NCBI GenBank assembly: GCA_964016885.1
Contig: OZ024763.1
Coordinates: 11,780,001-11,844,000, forward strand
Length of the DNA: 64,000 nucleotides
Direction of reading: 5' to 3'
From: Eledone cirrhosa
Lineage: Eukaryota
Made by a program: the position numbers and the translations under genes. A model generated the notes under the pieces. That model saw only the letters and a list, made by a program, of their open reading frames with translations. It had not been told where the DNA came from and did not search any database. The number at the start of each line of letters is the position of its first letter. The stretch's first letter is position 1. Of the stretch, positions 27,086-40,906 are shown one piece after another.

Positions 27086-27251
27086 ATGACCAGCCTTATG
27101 TGTTTGTGCTGTGGTGCATCATATCACATGACCTCACACACTCATCTCTTTCTCTCTCTCTCCCCCTCCCTATCTCTCTCTCTCTCTCTCCCCCTCCCTA
27201 TCTCTCTCTCCCTCTCTATCTATCAATATATATATATACACACTCATCTCT

Positions 27252-27283
<32 letters not shown>

Positions 27284-27509
27284 TTATCAATATATATATA
27301 TATATATATACACACACCCACTCATCTCTATCTATCAATATATATATACACACACACACAAGGGTCAGGTGTATGTACCCTCATACACACACATGCATAT
27401 ATACACATATGTATTTAATTCTTGATGTTATTCCAAGAATAAAAGAGATCTGTTTTATATGAGTATCTAATACATAGTATTAGAGTGTGTATGTGTGTAT
27501 ATATATATA

Positions 27510-27554
<45 letters not shown>

Positions 27555-27687
27555 ATATATATATATATTAGAGAGAGACCCGTATATATATACTCTAATA
27601 CTATATATATATTAGAGATAGACCCGTATATATATATATATATATATATATTAGAGAGAGACCCGTATATATATATTAGAGAGACCC

Positions 27688-27733
<46 letters not shown>

Positions 27734-27780
27734 GATAGACCCGTATATATATATTAGAGAGACCCGTGTATATATATTTT

Positions 27781-27813
<33 letters not shown>

Positions 27814-28109
27814 GGGAGGGGGAGATGTACATATAGATATATACACATACCTGTATGTACATACACAAATATGTGCGTATGTATATACAGGTGTGTGTGT
27901 GTGTGTGTGCATGTATGTATACACCATCACCATCACCATCACCAACCAATCTCTCCAGTTCATCCTCACTGATATCCAAGGTGATATTATGAACTAAGCA
28001 TGCGATATCATGATATTGCAATGAAGAATGGTGATGGGGGTGTTGTGTTATATCACATGATGTGGCTGGCTACTGCAGCTGTTGCTATGGTGATTGCACT
28101 GTAGTTGTG

Positions 28110-29445
28110 TTTGGCAGTGATGGTAGTGGTGTTGGTAGTGGTGGTGTTGGTGTAGTGGTTGTGTTGGTTGTGGTGTAGTGGTGGTGTTGGTTGTGGTGTA
28201 GTGGTGGTGTTGGTGTAGTGGTGGTGTTGGTTGTGGTGTAGTGGTGGTGTTGGTTGTGGGTAGTTGTAGTATTGGTTGTGGTGTAGTGGTGGTGTTGGTT
28301 GTGGTGTAGTGGTAGTGTTGGTTGTGATGTAGTGGTGGTGTTGGTTGTGGTGTAGTGGTAGTGTTGGTTGTGATGTAGTGGTGGTGTTGGTTGTGGTGTA
28401 GTGGTAGTGTTGGTTGTGATGTAGTGGTGGTGTTGGTGTAGTGGTGGTTGTGGGTAGTTGTAGTATTGGTTGTGGTGTAGTGGTGGTGTTGGTTGTGATG
28501 TAGTGGTGGTGTTGGTTGTGGTGTAGTGGTAGTGTTGGTTGTGATGTAGTGGTTGTGTTGGTTGTGGTGTAGTGGTAGTGTTGGTTGTGGTGTAGTGGTG
28601 GTGTTGGTTGTGGTGTAGTGGTAGTGTTGGTTGTGGTGTAGTGGTGGTTGTGTGTAGTTGTAGTATTGGTTGTGGTGTAGTGGTGGTGTTGGTTGTGGGT
28701 AGTTGTAGTATTGGTTGTGGTGTAGTGGTGGTGTTGGTTGTGGTGTAGTGGTAGTGTTGGTTGTGATGTAGTGTTGGTTTTGGTGTAGTGGTGGTTGTGG
28801 GTAGTTGTAGTATTGGTTGTGGTGTAGTGGTGGTGTTTGGTAGTTGTAGTATTGGTTGTGGTGTAGTGGTGGTTGTGGGTAGTTGTAGTATTAGTTGTGG
28901 TGTAGTGGTGGTTGTGGGTAGTTGTAGTATTAGCTGTGGTGTAGTGGTGGTGTAATGGTGGTTGTGGGTAGTTGTAGTAGTGGTTGTGTTGGTTGTAGTA
29001 TTGGTTGTGGGTAGTTGTAGTATTGGTTGTGGGTAGTTGTAGTATTGGTTGTGGTGTAGTGGTTGTGGGTAGTTGTAGTATTAGTTGTGGTGTAGTGGTA
29101 GTGTTGGTTGTGGTAGTGGGTAGTTGTAGTATTGGTGGTGGTGTTGGTAGTGGTGGTTGTGAGTAGTTGTAATATTGGTTGTGGTGTAGTGGTGAAGGTG
29201 GTTGTGGTCTAATGGTAGTAGTGGTTGTGGTATAGTGGTAGTGTTGGTTATGGTGATTATTGTGGTATAGTGGTGATGGTTGTGTAGTGTAGTAGTGGTG
29301 ATGGTGTGGTGTAGTGTTGGTTGTGGTGTATTGGTAGTGTTGCTTGCTGTGTAGTGATGGTGTTGGTTGTGTAGTGGTAGTGTTGGTTGTGGTGTAGTGG
29401 TGGTGCAGTAGTGGTATAGGTGGTGGTGTGGTAGTGATGGTGTAT
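28110..29445. repeat. GT-rich degenerate repeat (GTTGGTTGTGGTGTAGTGGTGGT)
   Basis: Direct inspection. Confidence 0.9.
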
Positions 29446-29794
29446 GTTGACAGCAATGTTTAAGTTAGTTGTTTATCCACAACCCTCGTTACTCTGTTAA
29501 TATCAAATAAATGACTGTATTAGTTAATTAGTTGACATTGCTCTCTCTCTCTCTACCCTCCTCTCTCTCTATCCCCCTCTCTGGTCTGTCTGTCTCTCTT
29601 CCTTCCCTCTCTCTGGTCTGTCTCTGTGTTGTATGTAGTGGCGGCCGAGGTGTGTGTGTGTGTGACTTAAAGTATGTGGTGTGTATTGTATATGTGTGAG
29701 GGGTGTGTGTGATATGTGGGTGGTGTGAATGTGTGTATATTTGTGTGTGTGCTGTATATAGCATGTATTTGTGTGTGTGGAGCTGTATGCGTGA

Positions 29795-30545
29795 TTCAGT
29801 CTGCGCATCAGCGTTTCCCTGAGGCTCGGCCTTCGGATCTGCCAGCCACACCAATGTCGCTGAGGTTCCACCGTGGACTCTTTCGGCATCCACCCGCTTT
29901 CCTGTCGCCACAGTGCCGGCCGCATTCCACGTCATGCTGCCCTCAACGAGGTCATTAAGCATGGCTTGGACGCTGCAGGCTTCCCTTCCCAGCTCGAGCC
30001 GGTGGGGCTGGATCAAGAGGATGGCAAAAGGCCAGATGGCATGACCATCTTCCCGTTCCGCGGTGGCAAACCCCTCGTCTGGGATGCCACTTGCACCGAC
30101 ACTTTCTGCAGCCGCAACCTGGTGCAGTCTGCGACTGACCCAGGTTCTGCTGCACGTCGGGCTGAGGGGGCCAAACTCCTCAAATACGGGTCGCTCTCCG
30201 ACAGGTTTGCGGTCGCAACCCTGGCAGTGGAGACTTCTGGTGTCCTCGGCCCCAGGGCTACCTCCTTACTCACCACCATAGGCGCTGAGCTGGCCAGCCG
30301 CAGGTGTGAGCCCCGCGAGTTGGAGTGGCTCTTCCAGCGCGTCTCCCTTGCCGTCCTCCGGGAAACGCCTTCTCCATTCTGTCCGCCGGGGCTGTGGGTG
30401 GGCCCCATTGCGTACCGTTGTAGTTGTAGAAGAAACGGGTTCCACTTGTGTATTGTATATATTTTTTTAAATTACTCTCCTAAGAACGAGTTGCTATGAT
30501 TTGTCTCCATTTGATAAAGAAGTTTTAGCTTTGAAATAAAATGTT
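29795..30545 (+). mobile_element. 5'-truncated CRE-clade non-LTR retrotransposon (zinc knuckle + restriction-like endonuclease), pseudogenised
   Basis: LRISVSLRLG..C.(C>stop)G...GIHPLSC, RHAALN, DGKRPDG, LVWDATC.DT, AE..K..KY, AVETSG, and SLAVLR(GNA) with a frameshift near 30361. AATAAA near 30536. Confidence 0.88.
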
Positions 30546-30583
30546 TGTATATGTCTCTGTGTGGCTTTAATCAAGGTGTGTGT

Positions 30584-30635
<52 letters not shown>

Positions 30636-30923
30636 AAGAGAGAGAAGCTTAGCTTCAAACATTAGTATGTGTGTGTTTGTTTTTATCAGACAACAATGAA
30701 TGTGTACATAATAATTTACATGAAGGTGTGTGTTTGTGTGTATGACTTTATATTTATATTAAGGTATGACGTATTAATGTGTGTGTATGACTGAGACATC
30801 CAGATGTGTGTGTGTGTGTGTGTGTGAGAGATTTGTGTATGTGTGTTGTGGAAGTTTAATGGGTGTCTATATACATATATGTGTGTACACATATGAAAGT
30901 AATGTGTGTGTGTATATATATAT

Positions 30924-31104
30924 ATAACCAAAGATTAATATGGTTCGTTGATTATTCAACGAATACAATTTTACAATAGATTAGAAGCACTCAACAGTAT
31001 ATTTTCCTGGAGTATTTAATATTATTCAAAATGTTAATAAATGAAAAAAATTCTTATCAAATATATATTTTGATTGAGAATATTTTTCATTTATTAACAT
31101 TTTG

Positions 31105-31112
<8 letters not shown>
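30924..31112 (-). mobile_element. (TA)n-embedded element end with fold-back, homologous to 35660-35820
   Basis: Reverse complement of the 3' part of the hammerhead element at 35456-35820; 31019-31061 pairs with 31068-31112. Confidence 0.75.
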
Positions 31113-31137
<25 letters not shown>

Positions 31138-31141
<4 letters not shown>

Positions 31142-31363
31142 GGACATGTGATGTGCATGTGGTATGGACATGTGATGCGCATGTGGTATGGACATGTGAT
31201 GCGCATGTGGTATGGACATGTGATGCGCATGTGGTATGGACATGTGATGCGCATGTGGTATGGACATGTGATGCGCATGTGGTATGGACATGTGGTATGG
31301 ACATGTGATGCGCATGTGGTATGGACATGTGATGCGCATGTGGTATGGACATGTGATGCGCAT
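31138..31363 (+). repeat. 24-bp minisatellite (~9 copies) encoding WYGHVMRM
   Basis: Unit TGTGGTATGGACATGTGATGCGCA. Confidence 0.95.
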
Positions 31364-31602
31364 GGAGGATGACCAATGGGTGAAGAAGTGCCAGGAAATG
31401 CCAGTTGAAGGAAGACGTGGTAGAGGTAAACCACGAAAAACATGGGCGGAGGTGATGAGAACAGACCTCAGATCTCTGAAGCTCACGGTGGAGATGACGA
31501 AGGACCGTGACAAGTGGAGAGATGATGTGCTGAATAAGACCCGTCCCACCCTTGCAAGCAGGGAAGAGCGAACGTAAAATGATGATGATGATGATGATGA
31601 TG
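31340..31602 (+). mobile_element. RTE LINE 3' end
   Basis: GHVMRMEDDQWVKKCQEMPVEGRRGRGKPRKTW...DRDKWR, then a (TGA)n tail. Confidence 0.92.
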
Positions 31603-31690
31603 ATTATATATATATAAGCGAGACATGGTGACCCGACCCAAACCCGTCTAACCCATGCTAACATGGAAGATAGACGTTAATTGATGATGG

Positions 31691-31743
<53 letters not shown>

Positions 31744-32694
31744 GGTTGTGGGTGTTATGAAAGTAAAGTGGATGTATAAACATGTATTTGTGTGTGAGAT
31801 ATAGTGTGTTGTATGTGTGAGTGGTGTAGTGTATATATCAGATATATAGTGTGTGTGTGTGCATGAGAGAGATATGTGTGTGATATATATATGAGATATG
31901 TTGTATGTGTGTGTTTGTATAAGAGATATGTGTGTGATATATGTATTGTGTGTGTGCGATATGTGTATGAAAGAGATGTGTGTGTGATATATATGTAGTG
32001 TGAGATGTATATAGTGTGTGTATATGATATGGTAGGGTTTAAACCTTCCCTCTTGAGTTTCTCCAAGTTTTCCAAGTAGAGTATGAAATGATACTAATTA
32101 ACTAGCTCTGTCTGGGTGGTATTTTATAAGTGGTCTGTATGTATGTATATATGTGTGTGTGTCTGAGTGAGTGTGTACATGTATGTGTGTGTGTATGTGT
32201 AGATATGGATGTGTGTGTGTCTGGGTGGGTGGGTGTGTGTAAGTGTGTGTAGCAATTGGACCTCCATTGATTTTGACAATGAGTGTTCCACTTGTTTGAT
32301 CAATCAATGGAACAGCCTCCTCTTGAAACTATTGTGTAAGTGGCTGAGTATTCCACAGTTCAAATCTCACATTGATCAAACTGCTTTTTACTTTATGTCA
32401 GTCTCTCTCTCTCTCTCTCTCTCACACACTAGCTCTCACTGTCTCTAACTAGCTCTCTCACTCACTCAATGTCACTCATTCTCTCTCTCACTCTATGTCA
32501 CTCATTCTCTCACTCACTCTCTTTTACTCTCTTTCACTCACTCTCACTCACTCATTCTCTCTCTCCCACTCTCTCTCTCCCACTCTCTTTCACTCATTTA
32601 GTCTCTCCTCACTCTCTCCTATCAACCAAAACCAAGCAATTTTTATGGTTGTGGATTTATTTGAACTAAATGACTAACTCTAGATTATTATGAC

Positions 32695-32975
32695 TTGTCT
32701 ACCTACCTACCTACCTACCTACCTACCTACCTACTTACTTGTCTACCTGTTTACCTATCTACTGACATACCTATCTATCTACCTACCTTTCTACTTCCCT
32801 ACCTATTTACCTACCTATCTACCTACTTATTTACCTACATACTTCTTCCCTACCTACCTACTTGACTACCTATCCATCTATTTACCTACCTATCCACCAA
32901 CCGAAATACCTACCTATCTATCTACTTACATTCCTACCTACTTCCCTACTTACCCATCAACTTACCTACCTAATA
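32695..32975. repeat. Degenerate (CCTA)n tetranucleotide repeat
   Basis: Direct inspection. Confidence 0.85.
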
Positions 32976-34327
32976 CCTTCTCCATAACCCATCTTTCACT
33001 CCAAGTCGTTCTTACTCATCAAAGGTATTATTTCTGTGACATTTTCTGTTGTCCCCCTCCCCCTAGACCCCTCCCCCCACACACAATAGCCTTATTTTGG
33101 TTGAGATACCTCTCAGCCTATTATGGTATTGTCTTTGTTGTTGCTGTTCCATGATGTGTGTGTGTGTGTATGTGTCATATTGGTTTGTATGCTTTTCATC
33201 TTGTTTCCTTGTCCAATCTGTTGAAAAGACCCCCTGGCCTTTACCCCTACTGTCTTGTATTTGTTGTATTTTATTTAATTCCCTTTTTCTTTGGGGGCTA
33301 GTGGTGCACTGGGGAGATTAGCACTGTCCTTTAACACCTGAAACTACAAAAAAAAAAGAACAGTTGACAGCTGATGAGTAGGAAATTTCTTACCCCACTG
33401 CAAAACTGATACCAAGATGTCTTGTCTAGCGCTCTACCAATCATAACCTCCCCCCCACACACACACACATCCCCTAGAAAGTTGTCTTGTTCAGCGCTCC
33501 ACCACTCCTAATCTCTCCCTCCCCCCCACATCCCCCGGAAAGATAGACAGTAAGATGTCTCAGCCAGCGCTCTACTGATCTCTAGAAAGGCTGACAACTA
33601 GCTGTCTTGTTTGGTGCTCTACCGATCTTGCTGACCACTCCATTCCCAGCACGGAAGACAACAAAAGCAACAGTTAGACCAATACAATTGTCAACAGAAG
33701 ACTGGTTCTTTAGAGTTACACATTGGCGGTGCTTCACTAACGAGTCTTTTGTTCTTCTGGCTCGTTACATCTAATTAGGCTAAATGGAAAGCTTGTCATT
33801 TCTTTGATCTCGTAACTATGGCAACTATGAGACAGCATCATGTGACCATTATTATTATTTCTGTGCAACACAGATAATGTTGTTGTTATAAGCTGGGCTT
33901 TTTTTAATTTTTCTTTTTTAATTTTATAATTTCTAAACGAGACGAATGCATTAATAGACTGTAGCTTTTGAAGACCTTTTACTTCCAGTCGGGTTGCTAG
34001 TGCTTCTCATTTTCAATAGAGTTTGAAAATTAGATGAGAAACCTATTGAGTCCTCCTCCTCACTCTTATCATCATCATCACCACCATTATCATCATCATC
34101 ACCACCATTGTCATTGTCATTGTCATCCCACCACTGTCATCGTGAACACCAGCTTCACAATTCTCATCACAATCACCATCATCATCATCATCACCACCAC
34201 CATTGTCTTCATCATCAATACCGTCATTGTCGTCATCAATACCAACATTGTCGTCATCATCACAACCACCACTATCATCATCATCACCAGCGCCACCATC
34301 ACTATCATAACAACCAGTATCACGTGG

Positions 34328-34367
<40 letters not shown>

Positions 34368-34378
34368 AAAAAACGAAA

Positions 34379-34427
34379 AATCAGTGATGCATCTGGACTC
34401 AGTCTGAGTCCAGATGCATCACTGATT
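34379..34427. repeat. Perfect 24-bp palindrome at the end of a (TA)n-flanked ~165-bp insert
   Basis: AATCAGTGATGCATCTGGACTCAG-T-CTGAGTCCAGATGCATCACTGATT. Confidence 0.93.
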
Positions 34428-34525
34428 CGTTTTTTTAACACTATCCACACTCTACTCTGTATGGATATTGAGTGCTAATTTTGGCATACCACCTATGGAA
34501 GCACCATAGCTACCATTATACACAA

Positions 34526-34586
<61 letters not shown>

Positions 34587-34712
34587 GTAGGAGGCGAGTT
34601 TTATTGTAGTACAATAAAGCAATGCAGATATCGGATAAGTAGCACTCTACAGTTTGTAGGACTGGAGTATACATAATATATAAGATCAAAAGATGGTTAA
34701 AAGAGTGCCATG

Positions 34713-34783
34713 TATTTTATTATGCGCATTTCAAAAACAAATATCATCATGCAATAACATTTGCGTTTTCGTCAGATAAAATA
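34713..34783 (-). ncRNA. Minimal type-I hammerhead ribozyme
   Basis: UAUUUUAU-CUGACGA-stem II-GAAA-UGCGCA-UA^AUAAAAUA; 8-bp stem I and palindromic stem III AUGCGCAU. Confidence 0.8.
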
Positions 34784-34909
34784 GGGAGACATGAAACGCA
34801 AATGTTATTGCATGATGATATTTATTTGTTTTTGAAATGTGCATAATAAAATACATGGCACTCTTTTAACCATCTTTTGATCTTATATATATATATATAT
34901 ATATATAAA

Positions 34910-35125
34910 AGTCGAAGTCTGTTCCGAGCCTGGAGGTTCATCAGGTCGGTACTTATTTTGGTTTCCATGGCATGAAACAACTGAGAGTACAAGACTTCCC
35001 TCTGGACAGGATGCCAGTCCATTGCAAGGTTAAACCCCTAGCTATTGTTGGTATTTATTTATTTTTTTTCAACTGAGTATAGTGGACCAATGTGAAATGA
35101 AGTGTCTTGCTCAATAACACAACAT
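34910..35125 (-). mobile_element. SINE family D fragment (same family as 47165-47418)
   Basis: Core plus ATGGACTGGCATCCTGTCCAG module on the minus strand. Confidence 0.75.
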
Positions 35126-35149
35126 ACAACCCATATACATATATATATA

Positions 35150-35367
35150 TCATCATCATCATCATCTTCATCATCATTTTACGTCCGCTTTTCCCTGCTT
35201 GCAAGGGTTGGGCGGGTCCTATTCAGCACAGCATCTCTCCACTTGTCACGGTCCTTCGTCATCTCCTCAGTGAGTTTCAGCGATCTGAGGTCTGCTCGCA
35301 CAACCCTCCGCCCATGTTTTTCGTGGTCTTCCTCTACTGGGACTTGCTGGCACTTCTTCACCCATCG

Positions 35368-35368
<1 letters not shown>
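35150..35368 (-). mobile_element. RTE LINE 3' end
   Basis: Close match to 31375-31602 with an internal deletion. Confidence 0.9.
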
Positions 35369-35422
<54 letters not shown>

Positions 35423-35500
35423 ATATATATATATATTTATATATATATATATATATATTCAAAATATTAATAAATGAAGACATTCTCATAATCAAAAAAT

Positions 35501-35570
35501 ATGTTTTATTATATATATTTCGAAGGTACTGTGCTGTTTTTTCAGTACGTCCTCGTCAGATAAAATACAT
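35501..35570 (-). ncRNA. Minimal type-I hammerhead ribozyme
   Basis: UUUUAU-CUGACGA-G..GUACUG/CAGUAC..C-GAAA-UAUAUA-UA^AUAAAA; palindromic stem III. Confidence 0.72.
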
Positions 35571-36469
35571 GAATTGATGTATGACATACCTCAACTGTCT
35601 TGGTGGTTCAATTCCAGTATTGGCAGTACTGAAAAACCAGCACAGTACCTTCGAAATATATAAAATAAAACATATATTTTGATTGTGTGAATGTCTTCAT
35701 TTATTAATATTCTGAATAATATTAATAACTCCAGAAAACTTTCCTGTAGAGTGCTTTTAATCTATTGTAAAACTATATTCATTGAGTAATCAATGAACCA
35801 TATTAATCTTTGGTTATATATATATATGGTGGCAAATTGCCAGAATTGTTTAATGGTGTTCCTTCCGACTTACTGAGGTCAACTTTGTCTTTCACCCTTC
35901 CGATGTTGATAAAAAGAATACCAGTCTAATACTGGGGGTTGATTCTTCCTCTCTTTGGAAGAAATCTGCTGTACTCAGGCCTGGAGAGGGGCGGGCTCCG
36001 TCAGGCTTAAAATGCCCAAGAAATGCTGTATGTCAATACGACGCCTCTATCAGGAGTTATGGAACACACCCACCCACACATATATTACCACATGTGATCC
36101 TGTCATTCCATCAACATGTTGCAAATGATTTGTGGCACTAGAACTACAAATGATTCCTCCCTCATTTTATGTAGGTCTGGTTTTCTAAATATATTCTTTA
36201 AAGGCCGCCCCTCCCCTCATTGCTCACCGCCACACCTCCAGCTTCCTCAAAGCTCTTCCTTAATGGACTTGGCTGTGTGTCTGTGCCTGTGCCTGTGTCA
36301 GTTCTGGACATATCTGTGTATATATGTATGGATATGTCTGTGTGGATGCATGCATATGTGTGTGTGTGTGTGTGTCTGTGTATATATATATATGTGTGTG
36401 TGTGTGTGTTATATAAGGGAGAGAGATACATGAATATATAGAATTACATAGAGGGGGAGGTAAAAGAGA

Positions 36470-36925
36470 TAGATATATATATAGTGATAATATAGATAGA
36501 TAGATATAGATAAAATATAGTGATAAAATATATATAGATATATATAGATAGATAGATAGAGAGAGGGTGATAAAAATATTCAGATATATAGAGAGTGATA
36601 AAATAGATATACAGATATATAGAGAGAGGGGGTGATAAAAATATTCAGATATATAGAGATTGATAAAATAGATATACAGATATATAGAGAGAGAGGGTGA
36701 TAAAAATATTCAGATATATAGAGTGATAAAATAGACATACAGATATATATATATAGAGAGAGAGGGTGATAAAATATATATATATATATAGATAGATAGA
36801 GAGAGGGTGATAAAAATATTCAGATATATAGTGATAAAGTAGATATACAGATATAGAGAGGGTGAGGGTGATAAAAATATTTAGATATATAGATAGATAT
36901 AGGGAGGGGGTGATAAAAATAGATA
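36470..36925. repeat. AT/AG-rich minisatellite (GTGATAAAA...AGATATATAGAGA)
   Basis: Direct inspection. Confidence 0.8.
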
Positions 36926-37191
36926 AAACCATTTTAAAAGTCATGTAAGCCACTTAATCATATGAGAAAGAGAAAAATGGACAATTCTTTAAAAAGCAAA
37001 TATTTTTTGTCAGTTTTGATGTATGAGGAGGTGGGGGGGGGGTGTATATTATATATATTTCACTTGTTGGTTTTTATGGATAATAATAATAATAATGATT
37101 TCTTTTATAATAATAATATTAATCATAATAAGCACACTGATAATGGTGGTGGGGGTGTGGGAAAGATATATGATTCAAACACTTGCAAAGA

Positions 37192-37229
<38 letters not shown>

Positions 37230-37314
37230 TGTAACACAAGGCAAAATCTATCCCTGTGTGTTGTGTGTATTCTGTGGGAAGATTTTATTGATGAAATAGG
37301 GTGGTTGTTGCTGT

Positions 37315-38515
<1,201 letters not shown>

Positions 38516-38756
38516 TACAAGCTGTCAGATCAAATCAGATGATGTCCATCTCCAGTTGTAGATCCTTTCCTAGCTTTACTCCCCCCCCCCCCACACACAC
38601 ATTACAGTTGTGTGTGTTTGTGTGTATTTATATATACATACAATATAAGTCACATATACACATAGTACACACACACACACAGACATGTATGTATGTATAT
38701 TTACACACATGCTTTCTAGCAGAGAAAGTGACTGTTAAATGATGCTAGTGATGGTG

Positions 38757-38792
<36 letters not shown>

Positions 38793-38911
38793 CCACACCT
38801 GCATCTACTCATATTTTCATACACATATACATTTTGATGTATAAACAAAACTACTTCATAGTAGAGTATATATATGTATCCTTGTGTCTTACACATTACT
38901 TACACCTTACC

Positions 38912-39001
<90 letters not shown>

Positions 39002-39163
39002 GTTTCTTATTTTCTTGATATATATATTGTTACACTTTGGGAGGGTCATGTTGCCAATAAGAAACACATGCACCAGTTGCTTTCACTCCAATTTATTATA
39101 AATTAAATTTATAAATTTCCAGTTGGTTGGTTAGTTCCACAACCAGACGATTGTTCATATATT

Positions 39164-39206
39164 GTCAAAGTTCTTTCGTCACACATTCTGTGACCTCTTC
39201 AGTGAC
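39164..39206 (-). ncRNA. Minimal type-I hammerhead ribozyme (CUGAAGA-N variant)
   Basis: GUCA-CUGAAGA-G-GUCAC(AGAAUGU)GUGAC-GAAA-GAAC-UU^UGAC; the downstream sequence runs into (TA)n at ~38997. Confidence 0.72.
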
Positions 39207-40695
39207 TGGGGATTCTTTTCTTTGTTTTTGTGCCACTCCTTTGTTCTGTCCTACGCCATCTTGTTGGCCATCAAAACACAATACCCTCCTCATTCTCCCT
39301 CATTTCTACACTCTGCACTTATGTATTGAGTGCTGTGTTCATTGTTGGTTGCGTTCACTGTTGGCTGTGTTTATTTTTGGCTGTGTTCACTGCTGCCAGT
39401 GTTCATCGCCAGGCGTGTTCACTGCCGTTGGTATTCATCGTTAGGCGTGTTCATTACCGGATGTGTTCACTGCCGCCACCGTTCATCGCCAGGCATGTTC
39501 ACTGTCGGGAGTGTTCACCGCTGGGTGTGTTCACCGTTGGATGTGTTCACTGTTGGTTGTGTTCACTGTTGGGTGTTGGCTGTGTTAACTTTGTTGCATA
39601 TATTCACTGTGTTGCGTGTATTCAGTGTTGTGTTGCGTGTGTTGTGTTGATCATGTTCAGTGTGTTTGCTGTGTTGTTAAACATGTTTTATTTACAATGG
39701 ACATCCGAGGTTTGTGACCTCACCTGTAAATACTAGGTGTGTGGGTGTATGTGTTTATACTGACATATAGGAGGAAGCTGAGTAACAAGATTTAACATAC
39801 AACTCTCTCTCTCACTCTGGCTAACCTCCATCTCCTCCTTCACTCTCTGACTGTCACTCTACCCCTCCACCACTCTGCCTCTCCCTCTCCTCTCTCTGTC
39901 TCTCTACCTCCCCCACATCTCTTCTCAACATCCACTGTCAGATTACACCACAACAAAGTGAGGTATTTATTCCACATAAAGTGGATAATCCTGTTAAATC
40001 TCATTATTATATTTCTATTGAATTGTACTTGAAATTCAAATCACTTACTTATGGCTGTTGTCTCATCGTTAAATATATCTGTTGTTGTTGCAGTTGTTGC
40101 TGTAGATATGAAAGTGAAATTTATTGTTTACATCTATGTAGGTTTAGCTGATCTTCTATGAGGTTGTATATCATTAGAAGTTTCTTGGGTGTCTTAAAGA
40201 TAAAGGCTCCAGTTACCATGTTATAGTTTACCCCTATGTAGGTTTAGCTGACATTCCTACTGGGTGGTATCTCATAGGAGGTTTTTTCAGGGTTTTAATG
40301 ATAGGAGTCCCAGTCCTATTATGTTGTTACAGTTCACACCCATTTAGGTTTAGCTAGCATTCCTACTAGGTGGTATCTCATATGAGGTTTCTCAGGTGTT
40401 TTAATAAGGGGTCCAGTCCTATCATGAAAAACAATGTGAAATGAAGTTTCTTGCTCAAGAATATAATGTCACCTAATCCAGAAATTGAGCCAATGATTGT
40501 GTGTCCACCACCTTAATCACCAAGTGTTGTTGCTGTACTAATGGTATCCCATCCAAATTGAAGTCTTGTACTCTGCCATGCCATTTAACCCTTTTGATAG
40601 CAACCCAGCCCAAACAAAACCACCCATAATTCTAATGAAAGACAATTTTCATATAATGTTTTAAATAATCAAGAATTTAGAGGAATTTAGTAATA

Positions 40696-40906
40696 TAGAG
40701 TGGGCCAAAAATTACTTCTTACTTATTTTTTATTAATAAAACATTACAAATTAATTCAAAACTAATTTTTTTTTAATCTTTAAATTAAATTTCATAATTG
40801 GATCTTGTTTTTATTCAATTTTAATCTGAAAGAAAAAAAAAAAAAAAATTCTAATAATAAAAATTATGAATTTTTTTTAATAGGAAGTGTCTTTTGGCCC
40901 ACCCTG
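40696..40906. mobile_element. Tc1/mariner-type MITE
   Basis: TA|TAGAGTGGGCCAAAA..ACTTC ... GAAGT..TTTTGGCCCACCCTG|TA. The flanks rejoin into a repeat also seen at ~5323-5385. Confidence 0.75.

Noticed and set aside
33361-33400. Plus-strand CTGATGA followed by a hairpin
   Set aside because: No GAAA or stem I partner follows; at most half a hammerhead.
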